A DNA stretch of 56,082 bases from Pyrinomonadaceae bacterium (GTDB lineage Bacteria > Acidobacteriota > Blastocatellia > Pyrinomonadales > Pyrinomonadaceae), in assembly GCA_036559945.1 (NCBI GenBank), contig DATBSG010000356.1:1-56082 (forward strand), given 5' to 3'. The notes below the pieces were generated by a model. It saw nothing but the letters and a program-made list of their open reading frames with translations. It had not been told where the DNA came from and did not search any database. Every line of letters begins with the position of its first letter. The first letter of the stretch is position 1. Positions 1 to 7,594 of the stretch are shown here, piece by piece. Both the position numbers and the translations under genes were made by a program.

Positions 1-155
1 CTTGCTTTCACTGGGAAGTACTTCCACAAACACTACTGGAGCTTTTTCGGCTGGGGGTGCATTCGTTCTGGACGTTTCCTGTCCGCGAGAGTGAAAGCCA
101 CTCGCAAGAACACCGACAACAGCGGCTGGGATGATAACTAAAAGAAAGGATCTCA
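1..155 (-). CDS. hypothetical exported protein, N-terminal fragment (runs off the window)
   Basis: Absent from the ORF track because it is open-ended. A reverse-strand ATG at 155 gives MRSFLLVIIPAAVVGVLASGFHSRGQETSR..., a hydrophobic signal/anchor-like N-terminus that stays open to position 1. It begins about 13 nt after the cytochrome stop, so it is probably in the same operon. Confidence 0.3.
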
Positions 156-168
156 TTGTCCCAGTGAT

Positions 169-1299
169 TCAGTTTGGAAATTTCTCCGCGGTCTTAACCA
201 CGCGAATGTAGTGATCAGTAAACTTAAAATGTGCGTCGGCCACAGCTACCTTCGGCATATGGCAAGAGACGCAATCTCTCGTGCCGACCCGACAGCCAAC
301 CGCCAAACCTTGGGCCGCCGCTTGCCCTTTCGCTGCATGGCAAGCCAAACACTTTGCATCGTAAGCGGTGTCGTCGTGCTTCACAGGCTGATGCGGGTCA
401 TGACACGCCGTGCAGCTTATCCGACGGTCATCAGAGTAGCACTTGCTTTGGAAGATTCGGTAAGGTTGAAACCGAACATTCTTGATCTCTGCTGTTCTGG
501 GCAAACTGAAGTCATCGATGGCCTGGTGACAGGAGGCGCAAAACTTTTGCGTCAGTTCATCGGGGCTAAGCCGGCCAGGGTTGAAAATCAGCCGGGCTCC
601 AGGCTCACCTTCTTTGATCGCCCGCACATGTTGAGCGCCCGGACCATGGCAGGCTTCACAACGAACGCCGGGCGTTAGTTTATCCAAACGAATCTGGCGT
701 TCCCTGGCGCCGCCAGTCGAATGACAACTAAAGCAATTGAACGCCTCTTCCTCTGAGAGGCGCCGGCCGACTGCCTGCTTCAGCGAATCCGGAACCGTGC
801 GCGCCTGACCAATAGTAAAATCCAACCCTCCGAGTTCCCTGAAAAAACTGACCTTGCCCTCATAAAATGCGCCGTCGTACTGAAGAACGTATGTCTGGCC
901 CGCTTTGCCCTGTCCGAAGGCGTACAGGATGGGCAATGAGATTTTCTCTTTTCCATCGGTGACCGTGTAGAAGCTCTCTCGACCCCGCCGCTGAATCTCA
1001 AAAGAATATGTACCAGCGCGAAAGACCAAGGTTGGGTTTGCCGTGAGCACCTTCGATTCGGCAACCGATTCCGCCGCCCGGCCCATCCCACCCAGAGCGT
1101 GAGAGGCGACCATTTTTTGGTGGCATTCAGCACACGCTTGATCTCCGACGAATTCCACATTCAGCGGAACTCTGCGGGGATACCACTTCTCAATCACTCC
1201 GTCCTGGCCAAACAACACCGCGGTCAACAGACTTGCACCGAGAATTAACGCGTAAGGTAATTTCGTATTAATCATCGAACGAATTCGAGCGAGGTTCAA
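169..1299 (-). CDS. multihaem c-type cytochrome (7 CxxCH motifs), exported
   Basis: Seven haem-binding motifs are visible in the translation: CAECH, CFSCH, CEACH, CASCH, CTACH, CLACH and CVSCH. The N-terminus has a hydrophobic segment (LPYALILGASLLTAVLF). The TTG start at 1299 overlaps the upstream TPR stop (TTGA). An alternative ATG lies at 1275 (MINTK...). Confidence 0.85.
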   Translation of the reverse strand: MNLARIRSMINTKLPYALILGASLLTAVLFGQDGVIEKWYPRRVPLNVEFVGDQACAECHQKMVASHALGGMGRAAESVAESKVLTANPTLVFRAGTYSFEIQRRGRESFYTVTDGKEKISLPILYAFGQGKAGQTYVLQYDGAFYEGKVSFFRELGGLDFTIGQARTVPDSLKQAVGRRLSEEEAFNCFSCHSTGGARERQIRLDKLTPGVRCEACHGPGAQHVRAIKEGEPGARLIFNPGRLSPDELTQKFCASCHQAIDDFSLPRTAEIKNVRFQPYRIFQSKCYSDDRRISCTACHDPHQPVKHDDTAYDAKCLACHAAKGQAAAQGLAVGCRVGTRDCVSCHMPKVAVADAHFKFTDHYIRVVKTAEKFPN

Positions 1300-2528
1300 G
1301 GCTTGTCCTGGGTCTTATCCGATACGGTTCCACCTCTCAGAGCGTCGCGTCGCTGTTGCTCATATTGATCTTGTAGTCGTTTGAAGATTTCACGCTCGCG
1401 CGCAGCGTCTTCCTTCCGACCGGCGCGCGTATAAGCTCGCGCAAGTGCAAAGTGCATCTCGGGACTGGAGGGCGCAAGCCGCACACCCTCTCCAAGCTCC
1501 TCGATCGCCCGCTCTACCTGTCCCAATTCGAGCAGGACGCGACCCAGCACATTACGGGCAGCAAACATCTTGGGCGCAAGCTGAACCGCCTTCTCCGCCA
1601 GGGGTAGCGCTTCTTTATACTCCTCGCGCTTGAGATACTCGAAAGCCATTTGCACCATTGCCGGGTAGTGCAAGGGTGAAATCTCCAGTTCGCGATGAAA
1701 CTCTTTCAAGGCGGCGTCAGCATCCTGACCGAGCAGATAGACGCCAAATGCATAATGAACATTCGGCTCATTCGGATAGCGCGCCAGCAGCATGTCGAAA
1801 GCTGCGCGAGCTTCGTCCATACGACGAGCAGCCATATTGAACCCCGCTCGTCCCGCTATTAGAACCTGTTCGCGTTTATCAAGCGGAATCTCGTTTGGCA
1901 AAAGGGGCATCCGTAGCATTGCCAGCCCGTACGCTTCGATGACGCTCGGGCTTTCGTAACCGATGCGCATGAACTCGCTCAAAATGTCGAAGGCTACCTC
2001 GAATTGCTCGAAGTGGACATAAAGCAGCGCTGCGTGATAGCGAACTACGGATTCAATCTCTTTGTTGTCGCCCAATCCGAGCGTCCGCCCGTGCTGGAGC
2101 GAGATCACAGCCTGTTCGTATTCGCGGGTTTGAAACTCGCATAAGCCAAGCATGCCCCACGCCATTCCGTTCTTAGGATCAAGCTTTACCAGATTACTGA
2201 ACGCCTCGCTTGCCTGCCGGTAGAGATCCTTCTCATAAAAAATTGAGCCCAGGTACCACCAACCGTCCGGCCAGTTAGAACGAATGTGTAACGCTTTGGT
2301 GTAGGCATCGACTGCGTCATCCAGACGTCCGGCGGTGCGCGCTTCATCGCCAAGCTTAACGATGTGGTCAAACTCAGTATCGACCTGAGTGCGCGTTTGC
2401 GGTTTGGCAGAGGTTGGCCTGGGTCTGAGTGTGCCCGATGATTGAGCATGCGCCGTTGTTGCACAGACAATCAGAGTTGCCGCTGCAATCATGGTCAAAA
2501 TGCGCGCGATGGTAAGTGCGGCAGTCAC
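1296..2528 (-). CDS. tetratricopeptide-repeat (TPR) protein, exported
   Basis: Signal-peptide-like N-terminus (ILTMIAAATLIVCATTAHAQ) followed by repeated A/Y/L-rich 34-residue-type helical repeats. The stop overlaps the cytochrome start. The protein resembles the upstream TPR gene, including the C-terminal RKED...R...I.KL end. Confidence 0.8.
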   Translation of the reverse strand: MTAALTIARILTMIAAATLIVCATTAHAQSSGTLRPRPTSAKPQTRTQVDTEFDHIVKLGDEARTAGRLDDAVDAYTKALHIRSNWPDGWWYLGSIFYEKDLYRQASEAFSNLVKLDPKNGMAWGMLGLCEFQTREYEQAVISLQHGRTLGLGDNKEIESVVRYHAALLYVHFEQFEVAFDILSEFMRIGYESPSVIEAYGLAMLRMPLLPNEIPLDKREQVLIAGRAGFNMAARRMDEARAAFDMLLARYPNEPNVHYAFGVYLLGQDADAALKEFHRELEISPLHYPAMVQMAFEYLKREEYKEALPLAEKAVQLAPKMFAARNVLGRVLLELGQVERAIEELGEGVRLAPSSPEMHFALARAYTRAGRKEDAAREREIFKRLQDQYEQQRRDALRGGTVSDKTQDKP

Positions 2529-2536
2529 AAAACCTA

Positions 2537-3754
2537 TTACTTCTCCTTCTGTTGGTTTTGATTGCTCTTTGGGCTCGAGGGCTGTTTCGGAGGATTCACG
2601 CCATTCTGCGCGCCGGGTTGTTTGTTTTGCTGCTCGGCATTCAGTTTTTGAATGATCGCCTGCTCACGGTCACCATCCTCTTTTCGATTGAGTCTGTAAT
2701 ACACAGACGCCAGCAGCACACGAGCCTCGATGAACTCGGGGTATTCCTTCACCACGCCTTCCAGCAGACCTTGAGCTTCGTTCGGTTTTGCGAGAGCGAA
2801 ATAAACTGCGCCGAGGTGATAGCGCGCATACTGATCACGTGGGCGCAAGTGAACAGCACGTGACAAGTAACCGAAAGCCTCCGTATATGACTTGTCTTGC
2901 CGCAGCAATATACCCAGATAGAGGTTAGCATCGAAGTCGTTCGGGTTATCGCCCAACTCGCCCTTGAAGGCCGTCTTGGCTTTTTCTGAATCTCCCATGC
3001 GCATGAGCGCTCGTCCGTACCAGGCGCGCAGCGACGGCAGCTTGGGATTCAATTCAATTCCGCGTTCGAGTTCCTTTATTGCGCCCTTTCCATCATCGGC
3101 CACCAGCAGGATTGTTCCGATGAGCAAACGCGCCTCAGCCGAATCCTCACCACGAAAGATTCGGTCGATTAATAGTTGTCCTTTATTTAGCTGCCCATCG
3201 CCGATATAGGCACTGCCAAGCAGAAAAGCAACCGTGCGGTTATTCTGATCCGCATCTGCGAGCGGAGAAAGCAAATCAATTGCTTTCTTGTATTCGCCCA
3301 GACGCACCTGGCAATCCGCCAAAAGCAAAACTGCATTGGTCCGCTCGGGAAGATTCTGAGGCACCACGGCAATGAATCGAGCAAACTCGCCTGCGGCCTC
3401 AGAAAACAAGGCAGCCTTGTAATAGGCGATAGCCAGATTGAAACGAATCGTTTGATTGCGACTATCGAGCGTGAGCGCCTTCTGATATTGTTCGATCGCA
3501 TCTTCATAGCGACCTAACCGCGAATACGCGGCGCCCAGGTTCGAGCGCACGTCTGCTCTGTCCGGATGCGAAACAAGAATTGCCTGATAACCGCGAATGG
3601 CGCCTTCGATGTCTCCAGATTCGTGCAACTCGGTCGCTCGGGCAAAGGCGCGTTCCACATCGTCCTGGGCCAAGACACGAATCGCCGGTGCAAGCATTGT
3701 GCCGGCAAAGAGCACAGCTCCGATAAGATGACGCAGTCGCATTCGAGTTGCCAT
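2537..3754 (-). CDS. tetratricopeptide-repeat (TPR) protein, exported, with Q/N/K-rich C-terminal tail
   Basis: Signal-like N-terminus (LIGAVLFAGTMLAPAIRVLAQ) and multiple TPR-like repeats (e.g. GDIEGAIRGYQAILVSHPDRADVRSNLGAAYSRLGRYEDAIEQYQKALTLD). Low-complexity tail QQNKQPGAQNGVNPPKQPSSPKSNQNQQKEK. There are 8 nt between its stop and the next gene's start. Confidence 0.8.
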   Translation of the reverse strand: MATRMRLRHLIGAVLFAGTMLAPAIRVLAQDDVERAFARATELHESGDIEGAIRGYQAILVSHPDRADVRSNLGAAYSRLGRYEDAIEQYQKALTLDSRNQTIRFNLAIAYYKAALFSEAAGEFARFIAVVPQNLPERTNAVLLLADCQVRLGEYKKAIDLLSPLADADQNNRTVAFLLGSAYIGDGQLNKGQLLIDRIFRGEDSAEARLLIGTILLVADDGKGAIKELERGIELNPKLPSLRAWYGRALMRMGDSEKAKTAFKGELGDNPNDFDANLYLGILLRQDKSYTEAFGYLSRAVHLRPRDQYARYHLGAVYFALAKPNEAQGLLEGVVKEYPEFIEARVLLASVYYRLNRKEDGDREQAIIQKLNAEQQNKQPGAQNGVNPPKQPSSPKSNQNQQKEK

Positions 3755-3915
3755 TTGGGACTTTTAGGTCGAGACACCAGTCTGGGGTCATGAAAGTATA
3801 CAATAGGCGGCTTTTCGATTACCAAACTCAACTGATCTGATCGCCTGAAACAAGCTGGCGTTTGCTGTTGAACCAACCTATACTTTTCCATCATCCTTTC
3901 TTAGGAGATTTCGCA

Positions 3916-6132
3916 ATGAGAGTAATCGTCACCATCCTTCTACTCGTCGTCTTAAGTCCGTTTCCTTTCCGCTTTGCGAACGGACAAGAGCAACAAAAGC
4001 CCGACGAGGTATTGCGAGTTCGTACAAACGAAGTAAGGCTCGACATCGTCGTCAAGGATAAAAAGGGACGTGCGGTGAAAGATCTGACGGCTACTGACTT
4101 TGAAGTATTGGAAGACAACGTCCCTCAGCAAATCGAATCGTTTCGGTTCGTGAATCGTGAAGGCCCGCCCGAGCCTAGTTCCGACCGCAATGCGAACCGA
4201 AAGGAGAGCAAACCGGAAATCTCGGCGCCGACAATGGCGCCGAGTCGGACTACTCCCGGAGTGACCGCGCTTGTGTTTGATCGCCTCTCGCCTGAGGCCC
4301 GCTCACTCGCCCGCAAGGCGGGCATCGCGTACGCGCAGGAGGGCATGGCCGCGGGTGACTTCACTGGCGTCTTCAAAATCGACCAATCACTGGATAGGCT
4401 CCAAGCGTTCACCGACAATTCGGAACTGGTGAAAGCGGCGATAGACCATGCAACTAGCGCTACGGGATCAACATACGCTTCCGGCGCCCAAAGAAATCGG
4501 GATCTCGCTGATCGGAATTTGGTATTGAATCAACAAATAGATTCGTCCCAGTCAGCCGCAGCCGCGGCCGGCGCAGGTCGCGACAGTGCCGGGGCAGCCG
4601 CGGCCGGGCAAGCAGCGGGCCAGGCCGCCGCCGAGCAAGAGCTCAATCAGATGGAGTCGAACATAGTCCAGCAATTCGAAGCCCTCGAGCGGGACCAGCA
4701 GGGTTTCGCCACCATCAACGGGCTGCTCGCGGTGATTAATCCCATGCGCAATCTGCCTGGGCGAAAGACGATTATCTTTTTTTCAGAGGGAATCGCCTTG
4801 CCGACGTCGGTGCAAACAAAATTTCCCGCCGTGATTAGCGCCGCCAATAAAGCAAACGTCAGCATTTACACGATTGATGCCGCCGGCCTGCGCACGGAAA
4901 GCGGGGTCGCTGAATCAGCGCGAGAGCTTAACTCCATCGCCTCGCAGCGTATGCAACAACAGGCGCGCGGGAATGATCGCGGCATCACCGGACCTAGTAT
5001 GAAAAGCTTGGAAAGAAACGAGGAACTGCTGCGCTTTGATCCGCGGAGCGGCCTGGGCCAACTCGCGGACGAAACGGGCGGCTTTCTGATCCATGACACC
5101 AACGATCTCAGTAACGGCCTGCGTCGAATCAGCGATGACATGCACGGATATTATATGCTCACGTATGTGCCGAAGAATGCGGATTACAATGGTCGTTTCC
5201 GTCGGATCAACGTAGAGTTGAAACGGGCGAACCTCGAAGTGCAGGCACGCAAGGGCTACTACGCGGTCGAGTCAGTAGGTCAACTTCCGGTACTTGATTA
5301 CGAAGCTCCGGCCATCGCTGCGGCCAGAAACGCGCGCTCTGATTCCAATCCATTCTTATTTCAAGGCACGGCCTTTAGCTTTCCGGCCACCGACCGGCCC
5401 GGCCTCGCTCTGTTTCTTGCCGAAGCACCAATGTCGGCATTCAACTTTGCGACCGCCGCAGATAAGAAGAGTTACAATGCGGACTTTTCGATCGTCGCGC
5501 TGATCAAAGACCAGTCCGGTCAGGCGATCCAGAAACTGAGCCGGCATTATCCACTGACTGGTCCAATCGAGCAGCTCGAATCGGCCCGCAAGGGAGACTT
5601 ACTCTTTTATCGCGAGACGCAATTGCCGGTGGGCAGTTATTCTGTTGAACTAATCGCTTATGATCAGTTAACCGGCAAAACGAGCGTTCGCACAAGTTCA
5701 CTTGAGATCGGGAAGCTGGATGAAATCAAACCGCGTCTTAGCAGCGTGGCCGTGCTTAAGCGCGCCGAACGGCTGACAGCGGAGGAACAGAAACGCGATC
5801 AGCCGTTTCATTTTGGTGAGTTGCTCGTTTATCCGAATCTCGGGGAATCCATTTCCAAATCAAAGGCCAAGCAGTTGGCATTCTTTGTTACGGTCTGGCC
5901 TGCCAAAGGATCTACGGCGAACATGCAGCTCACTTTCACGATCCTGCAAAACAGCCGGCCGCTAGGCAAGTCCTCAACTCAGCTCCCAGCAGCAGACGGC
6001 CAGGGGCAAATCAAATATGCGAGTTCTTTATCGCTCGATGACTTTCAACCTGGATTCTATGAATTGCAGGTGATGGTTAGCGATGGCAAGAACAGCGCCA
6101 CACGCTCTACCGACTTCACCTTGACGCCTTGA
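3916..6132 (+). CDS. VWA-domain protein, acidobacterial VWFA-related type (TIGR03436-like), exported
   Basis: ATG at 3916 is preceded by AGGAG (3903-3907); the ORF-track start at 3862 is probably too early. Signal peptide MRVIVTILLLVVLSPFPF. The N-terminal block LRVRTNEVRLDIVVKDKKGRAVKDLTATDFEVLEDNVPQQI is the hallmark of the acidobacterial VWFA-related family, recalled from memory. The VWA core reads VTALVFDRLS...IIFFSEG. Confidence 0.8.
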   Translation: MRVIVTILLLVVLSPFPFRFANGQEQQKPDEVLRVRTNEVRLDIVVKDKKGRAVKDLTATDFEVLEDNVPQQIESFRFVNREGPPEPSSDRNANRKESKPEISAPTMAPSRTTPGVTALVFDRLSPEARSLARKAGIAYAQEGMAAGDFTGVFKIDQSLDRLQAFTDNSELVKAAIDHATSATGSTYASGAQRNRDLADRNLVLNQQIDSSQSAAAAAGAGRDSAGAAAAGQAAGQAAAEQELNQMESNIVQQFEALERDQQGFATINGLLAVINPMRNLPGRKTIIFFSEGIALPTSVQTKFPAVISAANKANVSIYTIDAAGLRTESGVAESARELNSIASQRMQQQARGNDRGITGPSMKSLERNEELLRFDPRSGLGQLADETGGFLIHDTNDLSNGLRRISDDMHGYYMLTYVPKNADYNGRFRRINVELKRANLEVQARKGYYAVESVGQLPVLDYEAPAIAAARNARSDSNPFLFQGTAFSFPATDRPGLALFLAEAPMSAFNFATAADKKSYNADFSIVALIKDQSGQAIQKLSRHYPLTGPIEQLESARKGDLLFYRETQLPVGSYSVELIAYDQLTGKTSVRTSSLEIGKLDEIKPRLSSVAVLKRAERLTAEEQKRDQPFHFGELLVYPNLGESISKSKAKQLAFFVTVWPAKGSTANMQLTFTILQNSRPLGKSSTQLPAADGQGQIKYASSLSLDDFQPGFYELQVMVSDGKNSATRSTDFTLTP

Positions 6133-6137
6133 CGCAA

Positions 6138-6366
6138 GCGTGCGGAGCACGCGACAGCATAAAGCCTGGGGTGGAGCGGAGCGGAACCCCAGGTCACAGA
6201 TCAATTAAGAACGATGAGCCCGCGGCAGCGGGCGGTAGACCTTTCGATTCCTAACGCACATTTCCGATCGGCTATCGCCCGCTCCGCGGGCTTGATTATT
6301 GTCACGGCGTATTCCCGGGGCTTACGCCCCGGGCTTTATGCTGTCACCCGCTTCGCGGGTTTGGAT
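6138..6366. repeat. REP/MITE-like structured repeat element (cluster of GC-rich hairpins bounded by inverted modules)
   Basis: Lies between convergent genes. Inverted copies of GACAGCATAAAGCCYGGGG sit at 6153-6171 and 6327-6345. Local hairpins occur at 6138-6152 (GCGTGC-GGA-GCACGC), 6165-6193, 6218-6233 (GCCCGC-GGCA-GCGGGC), 6277-6291, 6314-6333 (8-bp stem) and 6346-6360. The module TC(G/A)CCCGCT(C/T)CGCGGG(C/T)TTG is directly repeated at 6275-6296 and 6344-6366. Confidence 0.6.
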
Positions 6367-6420
6367 CCGGCGGCCAATTGGCGCCATAAGCAGGCTGAGG
6401 GTTGGTAAGGAACTGAACTC

Positions 6421-7434
6421 TTACGATCGGGCTTTAATTTGGTTCTCAAGCTGTTTCGCTTCTCTAACGTATTCACCTTTAGGCGCATCCTCGAGATAAG
6501 CTTGAATGGCGCGCAAGGCCTCGGTCTTCTCTCCTCGTGCAAGATAAATCCGCGCGAGGTGATAGTGCGCGGCGACACAGTCAGCGCCGCCCATCACCAG
6601 TGCCTTGGTTAACTCACGCTCGGCGCCCGCCAGGTCGCCAGTCTCCAGCAACGTGAAACCCAGCCAGAGCCGCGCCACCGGTCGAGTGCTATCAATAACT
6701 ATCGCCTGGTTCAACTGAGCTATCGCATCCTGATAATCCTTGCGCTCGATGCGCACGAGTCCGAGATTGAATTTCGCGTTGAAATTCTTTGGATCCTTTT
6801 CCAGCACCAGCTGAAAATGTTTCTCCGCTTCATCGAGGCGCTTCAGCTTCAGATATTGAGCGCCCAAGTCATTGCGTGCTGCGAGATACTCGGGATAGAT
6901 TGCGAGGGCCTCCTGAAAATGCGCGGCAGCACCGGTGACGTCGCCTTTCGCCACAGACTTCAAACCCAGCTCGTACTCCTTTCTGGCGGCCACAGGAACT
7001 GATTGCCTCAGTTCAGCAACCGAAACGACTCTTGATGCACTAAAGGCGACTGGTAATTTCTTTTCCAGCAACTGAAGAGTCACTTCTGAGACGATGCCGC
7101 GTCCAAGTTCTACCTTTCTAACTGCAGGGTCGAACTCCTCTCCATCAATATCGGCTTGGACGTAATACACACCCTGGCTGAGATTATCGAATCTGAATTC
7201 TCCGTGTCTGTCGGTGAATCGAGTGGAAAGGGTCACTTGAGAGTTCCTCAGAGTAATCTTTACGTTTCGATCCGCGGAGAATCCGGATGGTAAAGCCACT
7301 CGCCCTTCAATAACCGCATTGTTTGTGTCCGCGGACTTGTATCGGTCGTCAACCTCAACCTGCGCGGCGCATATAATCGCCGGCACAACCAGGCAAAGAA
7401 TCAACCCAAGCCACCGCAAAATTCTCCCGGTCAT
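6421..7434 (-). CDS. exported CarboxypepD_reg-like domain + TPR protein
   Basis: ATG at 7434 with an upstream GAGGGGA gives MTGRILRWLGLILCLVVPAIICAAQ, a signal peptide. The N-terminal beta-sandwich-like segment (VIEGRVALPSG...HGEFRFDNLSQGVYYVQA) is typical of the carboxypeptidase-regulatory fold. The C-terminal half is TPR-like (AIYPEYLAARNDLGAQYLKLKRLDEAEKHFQLVLEKDPKN...). Confidence 0.7.
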   Translation of the reverse strand: MTGRILRWLGLILCLVVPAIICAAQVEVDDRYKSADTNNAVIEGRVALPSGFSADRNVKITLRNSQVTLSTRFTDRHGEFRFDNLSQGVYYVQADIDGEEFDPAVRKVELGRGIVSEVTLQLLEKKLPVAFSASRVVSVAELRQSVPVAARKEYELGLKSVAKGDVTGAAAHFQEALAIYPEYLAARNDLGAQYLKLKRLDEAEKHFQLVLEKDPKNFNAKFNLGLVRIERKDYQDAIAQLNQAIVIDSTRPVARLWLGFTLLETGDLAGAERELTKALVMGGADCVAAHYHLARIYLARGEKTEALRAIQAYLEDAPKGEYVREAKQLENQIKARS

Positions 7435-7594
7435 GGCAACTCCCCTCGTGAAGAGAAATACTATGCTTGTGCGCTTGTCCGAGCAAACATTATCGGCGCT
7501 CTTTTTTTGCACCAAGCCCGCTTCAAATGCTAACGGCGCGAGCGATGATTCATCGCCGCTCGCGCCGTTTAGATTGCCTGAGGTAAGTCGGACG

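Noticed and set aside
3755-3915. A search for sigma70-like promoters in the divergent TPR-operon / VWA spacer.
   Set aside because: Only a TATACT hexamer was found, with no acceptable -35 at 16-18 nt spacing. This is too weak to report as a feature.
6214-6578. Three overlapping small ORFs (6214-6408 +, 6299-6499 +, 6336-6578 -) in the VWA/TPR intergenic region.
   Set aside because: They are translations of the GC-rich hairpin repeat element (peptides such as GAYAPGFMLSPASR and GLRPGLYAVTRFAGL). They lack an RBS, they overlap one another and the 3' end of the TPR gene, and their 'conservation' would reflect DNA repeats rather than proteins.
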